Of a stretch of 64,000 nt of DNA, positions 1 through 11,499 are shown piece after piece. The stretch covers positions 143,406,001 through 143,470,000 of the forward strand of contig OX597814.1 in assembly GCA_951406725.2 (NCBI GenBank). Reading direction: 5' to 3'. Position numbers and translations under genes: made by a program. The stretch comes from Octopus vulgaris. Its lineage: Eukaryota. The notes under the pieces were generated by a model that had not been told where the DNA came from, searched no databases, and saw only the letters and a program-made list of their open reading frames with translations. Positions within the stretch are counted from its first letter, which is position 1, and each line of letters starts with the position of its first letter.

Positions 1-600
1 GCACCGCCCGTTCTTCAGTCAATGTTTCTCAGAACTGTCACCTTGGAATCAGCACTACTGAGTTACAAACGGTGAACACGTTGAACTACGTGTTGGACAC
101 CAATTAAATCGACGTCATTAATTTAAAAGACCTACCAAGAGATCATTGATATCACCCCTGTTTCTCTGACGAATTTTCAAATTAAAATAACCAGCTTTTC
201 CCATATCCACAGATCCTTTAGTTTCCTTCCTATTTTAAACAATATCGTATTACGTAGATTTACTGGAGAATGGATTACGTAAATGTAATAGATTTTTTAT
301 TTGAATCACCGGTTGTTTTGAAACAATATGTTGAATAACAACGTGATTGTTATTGAGAACCAGTTGGAGAAGGATGGATTAATGAAGTAATAATGAAAGA
401 GATAAAAACGGTTATTCTCAAAAGTAGATAAATAAAACAATATATACTTTATAAAATGCATATAACATTGTATGTTAACGAAGCTAGCATCCATAATAAA
501 GAAATGCTGATTAAAAAATATAAAAAATACAGACACGTTTAAATTACGTAAGAAATAACATGGGTATTTTGGATTTGTCAACTGAGTCTTCGTAGAAAAC
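1..600 (-). mobile_element. Degraded Penelope-like 3' end / pLTR remnant cut by the window edge
   Basis: Minus strand has weak remnants resembling a GIY-YIG C-terminus (KLKDLWIWEKLVI), then CTGAAGA (18->12) followed by ACGGGCGGTGC, which looks like the start of a hammerhead core and stem II. Confidence 0.3.
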
Positions 601-1127
601 CTACAAAGACATACTAATAAAGCGGTTATCAACGTCTGAGATTATGAGGTTGAAGAGCTTCAATTGGATTTACAGCGGTTAGTGACTGAATTGGTAAAAG
701 TTTCAGACAAAATAGCTTTCGGTGTTCAAATTCCGCCGAGATCAACAAAATCTTGTTTTTGTTTCAGCCTTCTGTAGTTGATAAACTAAAGTACCAGTTA
801 AGAATTTGGATCGATATATTCAACAATGCCTCATAGCCCAAATTATGTGCCCTTGGGAAATGTTAAAGCGCATTATTATAAGTGGACCCACACACACCTA
901 TATACGCAAATGAATATATATATATATGTACAATGTTGGTCGAAAAGTCACCTGACAGTAAATCAGAGCCATTTAATTCCAAGATTTATTTATGTTTAAC
1001 AACTGAATGAATTTAATAAAAGCATCTAAATATGAAACCTCATGAAAATTATGCACACTGAAGTCATTCGTGGGTGAGACCTTTTTCCATTCGAGTCAAT
1101 ACAGAATTACAGATAGTATTTAGGGAA

Positions 1128-1182
<55 letters not shown>

Positions 1183-1214
1183 AGATATAGATATATATCC
1201 ATATATATCCTTTT

Positions 1215-1375
1215 ATTTTTTTACTTCAGTCATTAGACTGCAGCCAGACTGGGGCACTGTCTTTGAAGAATTTTTTTTCTTCTCAAACCCTGGTACTTAT
1301 TCTATCGACTTCTGTTGCCGAACTGCTAAGTTACGGGGATTTAAAGACACCAACAGTGGTTTTCAAGCGGTGGTG

Positions 1376-1380
<5 letters not shown>
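1215..1380 (-). mobile_element. 3' portion of tRNA-derived CORE-type SINE (family B)
   Basis: Matches the reverse complement of the 3' half of the copy at 35433-35805 (cagtcattagactgcagcc...tattctatcg...gccgaactgctaagttacgggg). Confidence 0.7.
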
Positions 1381-1404
<24 letters not shown>

Positions 1405-1406
<2 letters not shown>

Positions 1407-2349
1407 GTGGCGGCCAAAATGTTCAGAATGGCATTGTTTTCGTCAGAAAAGTAGATATCATTTTTGATCAAAGTTGTTTTATATTCTATAATTTTCACAG
1501 ACAATAAATACGATATTATTTGTTATTGCCTGAGATTTTGGTGTAATTTGAGAGGATAATACAAAAGTTATGGCTGATTTAGTGATTTACTGCAAAACTC
1601 ATGGCGGCCAAAATGATCAGAACGGTTGCTTTTACTCCGTATTTTAGTATATTTAACCGGCGAACTCTAATGTTTTGAATTTGTTTACGTGACGGTTCGT
1701 TTACTAAACATTAGTAGAATATTTGCAGTGTACTTTGTTAATATAATGCCACTTACTCCGTTACCAATTCGTCAGCAGATTATTAAGCTTCGAAGGAAGG
1801 ATAATTTAAGTATTGGATCTATTGCAAAGCTTGTTAACAAGTCAAAAAGTGTTGTACACGGTATTCTTAGGGTCTACGATGATTGTGGTTCGTGTGAAGC
1901 AAGAAAGTTTACAGGTAGGCCAAGAAAAACGACCAAGAGAGAAGATCGTGCTATGGTAAAGTTGCTTAAAAAGGACAGATTTAAAACTGCTGCTGTTGTT
2001 TCTCGGAAAATGAGCATTGTATTGAAGAAAACTTTATCTCGAAAAACTGTGTCTCGTCGTTTAGTTGAACATGACCTACAAGCAAGAGCACCTGCAGTGA
2101 AGCCACTGATCAGCTCCAAGAATAAAAAGTGTCGTCTTAACTTTGCAACCGAACATGTGTTGTGGTCTCAAGAAAAATGGCAAACGGTGCATTTCAGTAG
2201 GTGAAAAATTGTCGCCTAAATGCCTTAAGACTAGTGTTAAATTCGGTGGAGGAAGTGTCATGGTTTGGGGGATGATATCTAGAGATGGTGTGGGCCCTTT
2301 GGTGCGATTACATGGAAAGGTAAATGCAGGGGTTTATAAACAGCAATAG
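1405..2349 (+). mobile_element. Tc1-like DNA transposon, 3'-truncated, with IR/DR-type left end
   Basis: TA at 1403-1404 then CAGTG start. The motif TGGCGGCCAAAATG(T/A)TCAGAA(T/C)GG occurs at 1408 and again at 1602. Transposase remnant follows. Confidence 0.9.
1746..2349 (+). pseudogene. Tc1 transposase pseudogene
   Basis: ATG at 1746; paired-like HTH region, GRPRK AT-hook, KPLIS..NKKCRL, WQTVHFS, then a deletion/frameshift that removes DESKF, then VKFGGGSVMVWG; truncated at about 2349. Confidence 0.9.
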
Positions 2350-3195
2350 TAGCGAAAGCACGCAGAGTAAAGCTGCTTGGCAAAGATTGACCTGAGACTT
2401 AGCTGTGCATGTGCCCTAAGTTTAACATTCTAGCTCACTTCTGCTATTTACAGCAGTGCTTTGAAGGAAGGTGTGTAGCGTGTAATCGTCGCATTGACCA
2501 ACACAGAAATTTGTTATAGCGATACCTGCCCAGAGGCTTACGCAAAGTTAAAGAGAAGTGTATGAGCAGCATATAAGTGTACGAGTAGCTCAGACGTTTC
2601 CAAAATGGCCGAACAAATGTCGAGATTGATATACGTTCTGGGAGACTCGCAACCAGCAGAACTGCGAAAAACATCGCAGATATGCATGCAGCTGTGAGAG
2701 GATATCGTCAAATCATCATCCATGAGTTATCAGGGGATGTGCAGATTAGTTAGGGTCAGTTCATTACATTATCACTGAAGATTTGGGTATGAGACGCGTG
2801 TCTGCCAAATTTGTACCAAAATCTGCTTTCAGCTGACCAAAAAAGACACTCGGGGTTCAGTTGTACAAGATCTCCTAGGTTGTGCAGAGAACGATGAAAC
2901 TTTTTGAAAACTTTGCGCAGGCCCCTGAGCAGGTAAAGCCAAGCTTTTGGCAAAATGTGATGAAGATTATCTGCTCAACCTTCTCTATCATGGTCAATGC
3001 GGCGATGATCACACGCTACATATCTTCCTTCCAAGCACTGCTGTAAACAGTGGAAGTGAGCTAGAACGTTAAAACTTAATACATATGCACAACAGAGTTC
3101 AAGGTCAATCTTTGCCAAGCAGTTCTACTCTCTACTCTGCGTGCCTTAGTTTCGTCACTATGGCAGCGGTCCGGATACTTATTGATCAGACTACG
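2346..3195 (+). mobile_element. Mariner-derived non-autonomous element with long inverted arms
   Basis: 2350-2500 is an imperfect inverted copy of 2990-3155. The right end CCGGATACTTATTGATCAGACTACG|TA is a mariner-type TIR. Internal remnant ITEDLGMRRVSAKFVPK (2770-2821) resembles the mariner WVPHEL linker. Confidence 0.8.
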
Positions 3196-3255
3196 TATAA
3201 TTTTTTAGTGTTTGGTAGTTTGAGACAAATTTCTACTGCATTACCTACTACACCT

Positions 3256-3486
3256 ATTTCATTATTACCCACAAGGGGCTAAACATAGAGGGGACAAACA
3301 AGGACAGACATGGGTATTAAGTCGATTACATCGACCCCAGTGCGTAACTGGTACTTAATTTATCGACCCCGAAAAGATGAAAGGCAAAGTCGACCTCGGC
3401 GGAATTTGAACTCAGAACGTAGTGGCAGACGAAATACCGCAAAGCATTTCGTCCGACGTGCTAACGCTTCTGCCAGCTCGCCGCCT
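3256..3486 (-). mobile_element. tRNA-derived SINE (family A) with target-site duplication
   Basis: Pol III-like A box (TGGCAGAAGCGTT) and B box (GAGTTCAAATTCC); central CCTTTCATC.TTTCGGGGTCGATAAA..GTACCAG domain; 15-bp direct repeat TTACCTACTACACCT at 3241-3255 and 3487-3501. Confidence 0.9.
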
Positions 3487-3509
3487 TTACCTACTACACC
3501 TCCATGTTA

Positions 3510-4172
3510 ACGAGGTGTGTGCCGCATTGAGTGTTCTTTTCTGTTGATGGAAATGCACAAATTCTTCCCGGTAATGTACTGCGTTAATTTTCTTTCACTT
3601 GAGGTGTGGTGCAGTCTTTTGTATTCCTGCTTGTATTGTGTTGAGTATGTAATGCGTTGGTTTTATTAGCTTGCTGGTGGGTGTTTATTTCGCTGGATAA
3701 TTGCTGTATAGAGTGTCTTGTGTTTGTGGGTTGCTTTGTTTAGGTTGTATAATTGAATTGATAGTCTTTCGTAGGATGTAGAATGCTCCTAGCATAGCTA
3801 TTTTTGGTTACTGTGTAGTGTTGAGGATCCAGGTATAGCTTCAAGTTTTTGTTCATATGTTTTGTTTTATCAAGCCCAAAGCTCCAATTATTATTGATAT
3901 TGTTGTCACCTTCATACCTCGTATCTTCTTGAATACTTCAATTTCAAGGTTTTTGTACTCTGGCAATTTCCCCACTTCTTTTTAAACAATATTTTGATCA
4001 GAAGTGCCTGCAACGTCTATCAGAAAACAGGTGTTTCCCCCCCCCCCCCCAATCTTTGATTTTTACGTCTGGATGATTAGCTGTTATTTCTTTGTCAGTT
4101 TGAACCAGCATATCCCAGATGATTGTAGCCTAGTCATTGCCTTGTACCTTATTTGGCACATGTTTATACCTC
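3510..4172 (-). mobile_element. Degraded 3' end of an RLE non-LTR retrotransposon
   Basis: Minus-strand remnant YKNLEIEV..MKVTTISIIIGALG is similar to the C-termini of the neighbouring elements; abuts (TAA)n at 4173-4190. Confidence 0.65.
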
Positions 4173-4190
4173 ATTATTATTATTATTATT

Positions 4191-5552
4191 CAGTAGTTTT
4201 ATTTTTATAGCGTGCTTTCACTTCACTACCGAGCACAGCTCTGAGTGCCTTGGGTATGTGCTGGGATTTGTTGTGATGCTCTGATGGTTATTGTATGGAA
4301 AGTGTTCTGCGTAGGATGTGTGCAGTGCCTAGTAGTGCAATTTTCTGTATGTTATATGTGTTTGTAAGTCCTGGTGTTTTTGTTATGTATTTGTCTGAAT
4401 ATTTTTTTATCATGCCTAATGCACCTACTATGATAGGAATTGTTTCTGTTTTCAGATTCCACATTCTAGTTACCTCTATTTCCAGGTCTTTGTATATTAG
4501 GTTATTTAGCTCAGTGAAATCACTTTTTTTTAATTCAGTGGCTATCAGTTCAGTGACGGCTAGGTTTATGCTGTTTATAATAGGTGTTGTTATTTTGTTT
4601 ATTTTGATTCTTGGGAGGTATGGTCGGTGGTCCATTTTGAGCTCTGTGGTTTTCAGTTCTTTGATTATTTTATTTTTTATATTATCATAATCATTAGGCT
4701 CCCCTTCGTTGTTTACATCGTGTTTGTTGGGAATGTTGCGTTTGTCTTCGTGTTTTACAGTTTCAGTGTTTATATTATTGGGCATTGTTGTGTGGCTTCT
4801 ATCTACATTTTCCTGGTGTATGTTTTCTTTTAGGTGTTCTATTTCTATTTCTGATATTTTTTTGTGTTGAGAATGTATCTTCGTACGTTAGCTAATTTAT
4901 TAGGGTTCATTGCTGTATCCAAGCCTATATCTCTATTATTTTCCTTCCATATTTTATATGTATGTGTTGTTGTATTTTCATTTTTTGGGTAGAGTACTGC
5001 TGTGAAGTATGCGTGTAAGATAGAAATGTATTCCTCACGTGTCCATTTACGTCTTTTGGGTTTTATTTGCGGGACATGAGGTACAACGTCCGGCCCATTA
5101 TTTTGACGGTCGTCATTTTCGTAGGGTACCGGTCCGTTTATTTCTGTTGTCACATTATTTCGCACGTGTAGATTTTCGTACATTTTTTGTTGTAGGTTTA
5201 ATGTACGTACCGCTCGATTGTTATTCTTGGGTTGAATAGTATCGGTAGCATTTAATTTCTTCGTAGTTCCTTTGTACATGGTGTTTGGGGTCTGAGATGA
5301 TCGTGATGTTCCACGCATGTTTACATGTGTTGCGTTAGAGGTGGAGATGATATCGAGTCAAAATACATCATTTCGTTTCGAAAATAGTAATAAATTTCAA
5401 TTAGTATTACTTACTCGGATACAGTCCAATTCTTTGTTAGTAAAACTTTGGCTCCATAGGATGTCCTTGTTTTCGATGTTTGTGGATAGATTTCGGAGCT
5501 CTGAATGTTCCTTCTTACATCTTAAACGTCCCCGGTCTCTTAAACGTCCCCG

Positions 5553-5553
<1 letters not shown>
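4191..5553 (-). mobile_element. Internally deleted, non-autonomous R4/Dong-like retrotransposon
   Basis: About 235-nt 5' UTR; N-terminal ORF 5318-4845 with a Myb-like motif (RRKWTREEY..Y..W..LANVRRYI); ORF 4785-4288 joins LNNLIY directly to KDLEIEVTRMWNLKTETIPIIVGALG (RLE C-terminus); short 3' UTR; (TAA)n on both sides. Confidence 0.85.
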
Positions 5554-5608
<55 letters not shown>

Positions 5609-5616
5609 CATCAACA

Positions 5617-5653
<37 letters not shown>

Positions 5654-5680
5654 TACTATCATCATCATCAACATCTTCAA

Positions 5681-5716
<36 letters not shown>

Positions 5717-5763
5717 TACTATCATCATCATTATCATCATTATTATTATTATCATTATTATTA

Positions 5764-5811
<48 letters not shown>
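5554..5811. repeat. (TTA)n/(TCA)n microsatellite
   Basis: Visible trinucleotide array. Confidence 0.98.
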
Positions 5812-5814
<3 letters not shown>

Positions 5815-7980
5815 GTTTGACTTTTGCTTTATGTCTGTACAAGTTGGCTCCAAGTCTCACCTGGAGACCTCAAGAGACAACAGGTTGGAAGTTCACGTTG
5901 TTGTTATGCCTAGTCTGCCATATATTTGGTTGTTTTTTGTGTTGTACTGGTGGATGTCTAAAAAAATGTTTGTTTTAAACCTTGAGATTACATAGAAAGT
6001 ATTTTGCGTAGGATATGAGCAGTTCCCATGAGCACTATCTTTTGAATTTCTGCCATTGTTGGGTTTCCTGGTGTCTGAGTTAGGTAGCTATCAGCCCCTT
6101 TTGCTATCATTCCCAGGGCACCTATGACAACAGGTATTGTTTTAGTCTTCAGGTTCCACATTTTGCTGATTTCTATTTCAAGATTTTTATATTTGCTCAG
6201 TTTTTGGTAGGTCTTGACAGATACATTTATATCGATTGGGACAGTCATATCAATGAGGAGGCATGTTCTTTGTCTGAAGTCTTTCAATATGATGTCTGGC
6301 CTATTTGCATCTATCTTTCTGTCAGTTTTAATGGTGAAGTTCCAGAGGAGTGAGATGTGGTCATTTACAAGCACTGGGGGTGGTTTGTGTTCCCACCAGT
6401 TTTTTTCATGGGGCAAATTCAGGTTTTTGCAGATTACCCAGTGAATATATTGTGCAGCTCTATCGTGCCTGTTGAGATATTCTGTAGGCGCTAGAAGACC
6501 GCACTTGGAGACCACATGATCAATGGTTTCATTTTGTTGCTGGCATACACGACACGTTGGACTGCTTCTGATCTTTAATATGTTGGCCTGGTAGTTTCTT
6601 GTTGGTAGGCATTGATCTTGAGCTGCTATGATAAACCCTTCTGTTTCAGATTTTAAGCCAGAGGCCATTAGCCATTGATGGGTCAGGGCTTTGTCAACAT
6701 CTGCATTATTCGCTCTCTTTGGGTATTTGCCATGGAGCGGTTTTTCTTGCCATTTATCATTCAGAATATCTAAGGCCGCAGATTTAGCACGGGTTTTCAT
6801 GCGCTTAGCTTTTTCTATGCCTGTTTCTTGTATGTCTATCTCTAATTCCGAAATTTGTTGTATTCGGAATTCACTTAGATATTCCTTTGCCTGTTTTGTT
6901 ACTGAGTATGATGCTTTCTTGTTTTCATGTTTTGAGACAAGTTTTAACATCCAGTCCTCAGAGTTTTTCAGGTAGGTGTCTAGGCCAATTGTAGCAATCT
7001 TCATTGTTATTGCCAGTTGTAAAAGTCCACGGCCTCCCTCTTTTCTTGGCAGATAAAGTCGTTCTGTATCTGCCTTAGGGTGGTGCATTCTATGCATTGT
7101 CAACAGTTTTCGTATTTTTCTGTCAAGATTACATATTTCAGTAATTGACCAGTTAACGATATTGAAACTGTAAGTCACGACTGGTATGGCTAATGCATTG
7201 ATCGCTTCGATCCTGTTTCTCGCATTCAGCTCTGTCTTGAGTATTGCTCTTACTCTGCGATAACATTCTCTCCTGGTCCTTTCCTTCATCTCTGAATGCC
7301 TTATTCCGTCTCCTTCAATTACCCCTAGATACTTGTAGTTCTCCGCTGGGTCTAATTCTTTTATGACATTCTGCTGGTCAAGGTTAACATTAGATGTTTC
7401 TGTCATTTTTCCTTTGATAAAGGTAGCTTTTGCACACTTATCGAGGCCAAATTGCATTCAGATGTCATCACTGAATTGTTTGACAATCGTTAGTAAGCCC
7501 TTGAGTTGTTGGTCATTTTTTGCAAAGAGCTTTAAATCATCCATGTAAATGAGATGATTTATATTTTTATCAAACATTTTATATCCGTACTGCGCGTCAT
7601 TGAGCAGTTTTGAGAGAGGTATTAAGGCTAAACAGAAGAGGAGTGGTGATAGTGAGTCACCCTGGAAAATGCCACATGAAATTTTTACATCACCAGCATT
7701 TAGAGATTCATTGTCGCTGTTTACAGTTAGTGTGGTTCTCCATGATCTCATACTTACAGACAAAAAGTTTCCCAGAGTAGGTGCTATCTTATACATTTCT
7801 AAGCATTTCTTAATCCAGCTATGTGGTAGGCTATCAAAAGCCTTTTTATAGTCTATCCAGGCTATTGATAAGTTTTTGTCGTTTGTGACAATCTTCTAAG
7901 ATCATCTTATTGATGAGTAGTTGATCTTTACAACCGTATGATCTACGTTTACATCCTATCTGTTCATTAGGGATATGCTG
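5812..7980 (-). mobile_element. 5'-truncated R4/Dong-like non-LTR retrotransposon (RT + CCHC + RLE)
   Basis: Coding remnant 7975->5988 plus about 175-nt 3' UTR, flanked by (TAA)n on both sides. Confidence 0.95.
5988..7975 (-). pseudogene. Reverse transcriptase / RLE endonuclease pseudogene
   Basis: RT motifs [23 protein letters not shown] and YMDD; in-frame TGA at 7460-7458; ERLYLPRKEGGRGL; CCHC knuckle CRVC..ETIDHVVSKC; RHD and RPD..ID..K endonuclease motifs. Confidence 0.95.
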
Positions 7981-7984
7981 CTGT

Positions 7985-8000
7985 TTATTATTATTATCAA

Positions 8001-8072
<72 letters not shown>

Positions 8073-8088
8073 CATTATTATTATTATT
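7985..8088. repeat. (TTA)n microsatellite
   Basis: Visible array. Confidence 0.98.
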
Positions 8089-8957
8089 CTGTAGTCTTAT
8101 TTATATCACGTGCTTTCACTTCACTACCGAGCGCAGCTCTGGTTGCCTTGGGTATGTGCTGTGGTTTGTTGTCGTGCTCTTATCTTCACTGTTTTGCAAG
8201 TGTTTTACGTAAGGTGTATGCGGTGCCTAGTGGTGCTATTTTCTTTATGTTATATATGCTTTAAGTCCCGGTGTTTTTGTTATGTATAATTCTGAATGTT
8301 TTTTTTATCATACCTAACGCACCTACTATAATGGGTACTGTTTCTGCTTTTAGGATCAACATTCGAGTTACCTCTATTTCCAGATCTTTGTATTTTGAAA
8401 GTTTCTGTTAGAGAAACATTGTCTTCTGTTGGTATTGATACATCGATTAGAAAGCAACTTTTTTCTTGGTGATCTCTGACGACTATATCCGGCCTATTGG
8501 CCTTAATTTCTCTGTGTGTATTGGCATAACCCAGAGTATAGTTGCTTTCTCATTTTCTGTGACCTTTTTCTGGCGTCTATCTTTTTTCTGTTGTTATTTC
8601 ATAGTGTTGGAATAGCTTCCAGTGTATATAGGCCCATGTCTGTCATGTTTGTGAATATATTCCTTCTCAGCCAGGACTGGGCAGCCAGAGACAATATGAT
8701 TTATTGTTTCTTCTCCATCGCCACATATTCCGCAGTTACTTGTACTTCTTTTCATTGCGTGTTTTTGGTGATTCCTGGTGGGAAGGCTTTGATCATGTAC
8801 TGCAATAAAAAATTCTTCAGTCTCTACTTTGAGACCCGAACTTCTGAGTCATTGATGAGATCTTGCTTTGTCTATTTCTCTTCTGTTTAGCTAACTCAGC
8901 ATTCGCCATGTATTATTATCATCATTTCTCTTTATCACCGGTTTTGTTGGAGCTCCT

Positions 8958-8958
<1 letters not shown>
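8089..8958 (-). mobile_element. Degraded 3' part of an R4/Dong-like LINE, same family as 4191-5553
   Basis: 3' UTR cgtgctttcacttcactaccgagcgcagctct..ccttgggtatgtgct is shared with 4210-4262; decayed RLE coding (NRPDIVV, KYKDLEIEVTRM). Confidence 0.85.
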
Positions 8959-9009
<51 letters not shown>

Positions 9010-9010
<1 letters not shown>

Positions 9011-10705
9011 TACTTTTAATCTGCATATTTGTTACAATCACTTGCCGAGACACACCCAGCGTTCTATGGCGAGTGAAGGAGAAGAGGTGTTACAGTATGA
9101 CTGAAAGTTTTGGGAGGGGAAGTGGCAGGGGCAGTAACGAAATATCTTCATGTAATATTTGTTTGGCATTTGCTTTGTATTTATGCAAGTTGACTCCTAG
9201 TCTCACTCAGAGACCTCAAGAGGCAACGAGGGTGACGTATTTTTGAGTTTGCTCAAAGTATTGCTCAAGAGAATGTATGTGAAAACATAAGAAAATTAGA
9301 AGTTTGTTCTAAAAGTAATTTGATTCTAAGATGATAGTGTGATGTTAAGGTGACAGTTAAAGGTGTTTGCTAGTATGTACATTTCAAAAGTACTTTGCCA
9401 CTGTGTACAGATTAAAATGTTTTGGGGATTACATACATAAGCATTTTTCAAACTTTTTGTCGCGACACATTTTATTTAACTCGCGACCCACTGAAGAGTC
9501 GGGACCCACAGTTTAAATAACGCTGGATGTTCTGCACTTGGCACCCACTTGTGTATCTTTTTCTTTCCTTCATTTCTTTTTGTCGCGACCCACTGAAGGG
9601 TCGGGATCCACAGTTTGAAAAACGCTGACATAGACAATATTCTTTTAGGATATGAGCAGTTCCCCGAGCACTATTTTTTGAATTTCTGCCATTTTTGGAT
9701 TTCCTGGTATCTGAGATAGGTAGCAATCAGCCCATTGTTGCTATCATTTCTAGGGCACCTATGACAACAAGTATTATTTTAGTCTTGAGGTTCTACAATT
9801 TGCCAATTTCTATTTCAATATCTTTATACTTGCTCAGCTTTTGATAGATCTTGACAGATACATTTATGTCGACTGAATCATAAATATCGATGAGGAGTCA
9901 TGATTTTTGTCTGAAATCCTTCAATATAATGTCTGGCGTGTTTGCATCTATCTTTCTGTCAGTTTGAACAGTAAAGTCCCAAAAGAGTGAAATGTGATCA
10001 TTTTCAAGCACTGGAGGTGGTTTGATTTCCCTACCCGATGAACATACTGTGCTATTCTGTAATACCTATTGAGATACTCTGTAGGCACAAGAAGACTGCG
10101 CATGGAGACAACATAGTAGATGGTTTCATTTTGGTGTTTACGTATACGACGTGTTGGGCTACTACCCTTCTTTAAGATGTTAGACTGGTAGCTTCTTGTA
10201 GGCAGGCATTGATCTTGGACTGCAATGATAAACCCTTTTGTCTCTAATATCATACCAGAAGACACTAACCAGAAGACACTAAAGGGTTTTGTCAACATCG
10301 ACATTATTATTTCTCTTTGGGTATTTGCCATTCATAGGTTTTTCTTGCCATTTGCCAGTAAGAATATCCAAGGCAGCAGCTTTAGCACGGGTTTTCATAA
10401 GCTTAGCTTTTTCAGTGCTTGTTTCCAGTACGGCTAATTCTGGGATTTAGATATTTCTTTGCCTGTTTTGTTACTGAGTATGACGTTTTCTTGTTCTCAT
10501 GTTTTTAAGACAAGTTTTAACATCCAGTTATCAGAGTTTTTCAGGTAAGTGTTTGGGTCAGTTGTGGCAATCTTCATTGTCAATTCCAGTTGTAAACGTG
10601 CACGTCCACCCTTTTTCTTGGCAGGTATATTCGTTCTACCTTAGGGTGGTGCATTGTATTCATTATCAAGAGTTTTCGTATTTTTCTGTCAGGCTTAGAG
10701 ATTTC
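9010..10705 (-). mobile_element. Degraded 3' part of an R4/Dong-like LINE, same family as 5812-7980, interrupted by a MITE
   Basis: 9629-10705 aligns by eye with 5990-7140 (ETKGFIIAVQDQCLPTRSYQ, RGTAHILK); the 3' UTR motif gtctcac..agagacctcaagag is shared with 5853-5880. Confidence 0.85.
9440..9627. mobile_element. Small hAT-like MITE with duplicated right end
   Basis: Left end agcatttttcaaact; right ends cgcgacccactgaag.gtcggga.ccacagttt.aa.aacgctg at 9482-9525 and 9584-9627. Confidence 0.55.
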
Positions 10706-10710
10706 AGTTA

Positions 10711-10798
<88 letters not shown>

Positions 10799-10799
10799 C

Positions 10800-10900
10800 T
10801 CTTTACCACAGGTTTTGTTGGAACTTCGGGAGTCTTACATGTTATTCATTCTTTTCCGCTATCTAATACTTTCCTGATTATTCTGGCCGTGCCAAAGAGT
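10800..10900 (-). mobile_element. Extreme 3' fragment of an RLE LINE between (TTA)n arrays
   Basis: Minus-strand LFGTARIIRKVLDSGKE* is similar to the LMGTAHILRKILSM C-terminus. Confidence 0.6.
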
Positions 10901-10916
10901 ATTATTATTATTATTA

Positions 10917-10974
<58 letters not shown>

Positions 10975-11353
10975 TATTATTATCATTATTATTATTTTCT
11001 TCTTTTTATTGTGTGACATATTCTCGTCCACAATTGCGTATATCAAATCAATCTCAACTTTGCCCTGTTTTAACTGTATCCTAGGAGCTCAGCATTTATA
11101 AATCTTCCATTTCTACCTATCCATGCATTCCCTGTTGAGGCAGGTGAGCGTTATCTGGCTAAAACTGCTTATCTGTAAATGCCAACTGGTATAAATCTTC
11201 GAGAATGCAGAAACTTTCTGGACAATGACTGTATCCCAGAATCTCTTCAATCATCATTCTGGGAATTAAGGTGTTCCATGAACCTTAATTCATTTTCTGC
11301 TCTCCCTTTTATACTTTATCAATATAATTCCTGTCACACACGCACTGACAGAA

Positions 11354-11499
<146 letters not shown>

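Noticed and set aside
929-1120. Possible Tc1/mariner terminal fragment (TACAATGTTGGTCGAAAAGTC)
   Set aside because: Only one putative end and no clear coding remnant.
3310-3510. Recurrent peptide NWYLIYRPRKDERQSRPRRNLNSER (also 60701-60892)
   Set aside because: Antisense translation of the family A SINE, not a gene family.
5317-5995. Poly-L/Y/I/N ORFs (also 23472-23810, 25969-26428, 27321-27662)
   Set aside because: Translations of (TTA)n arrays.
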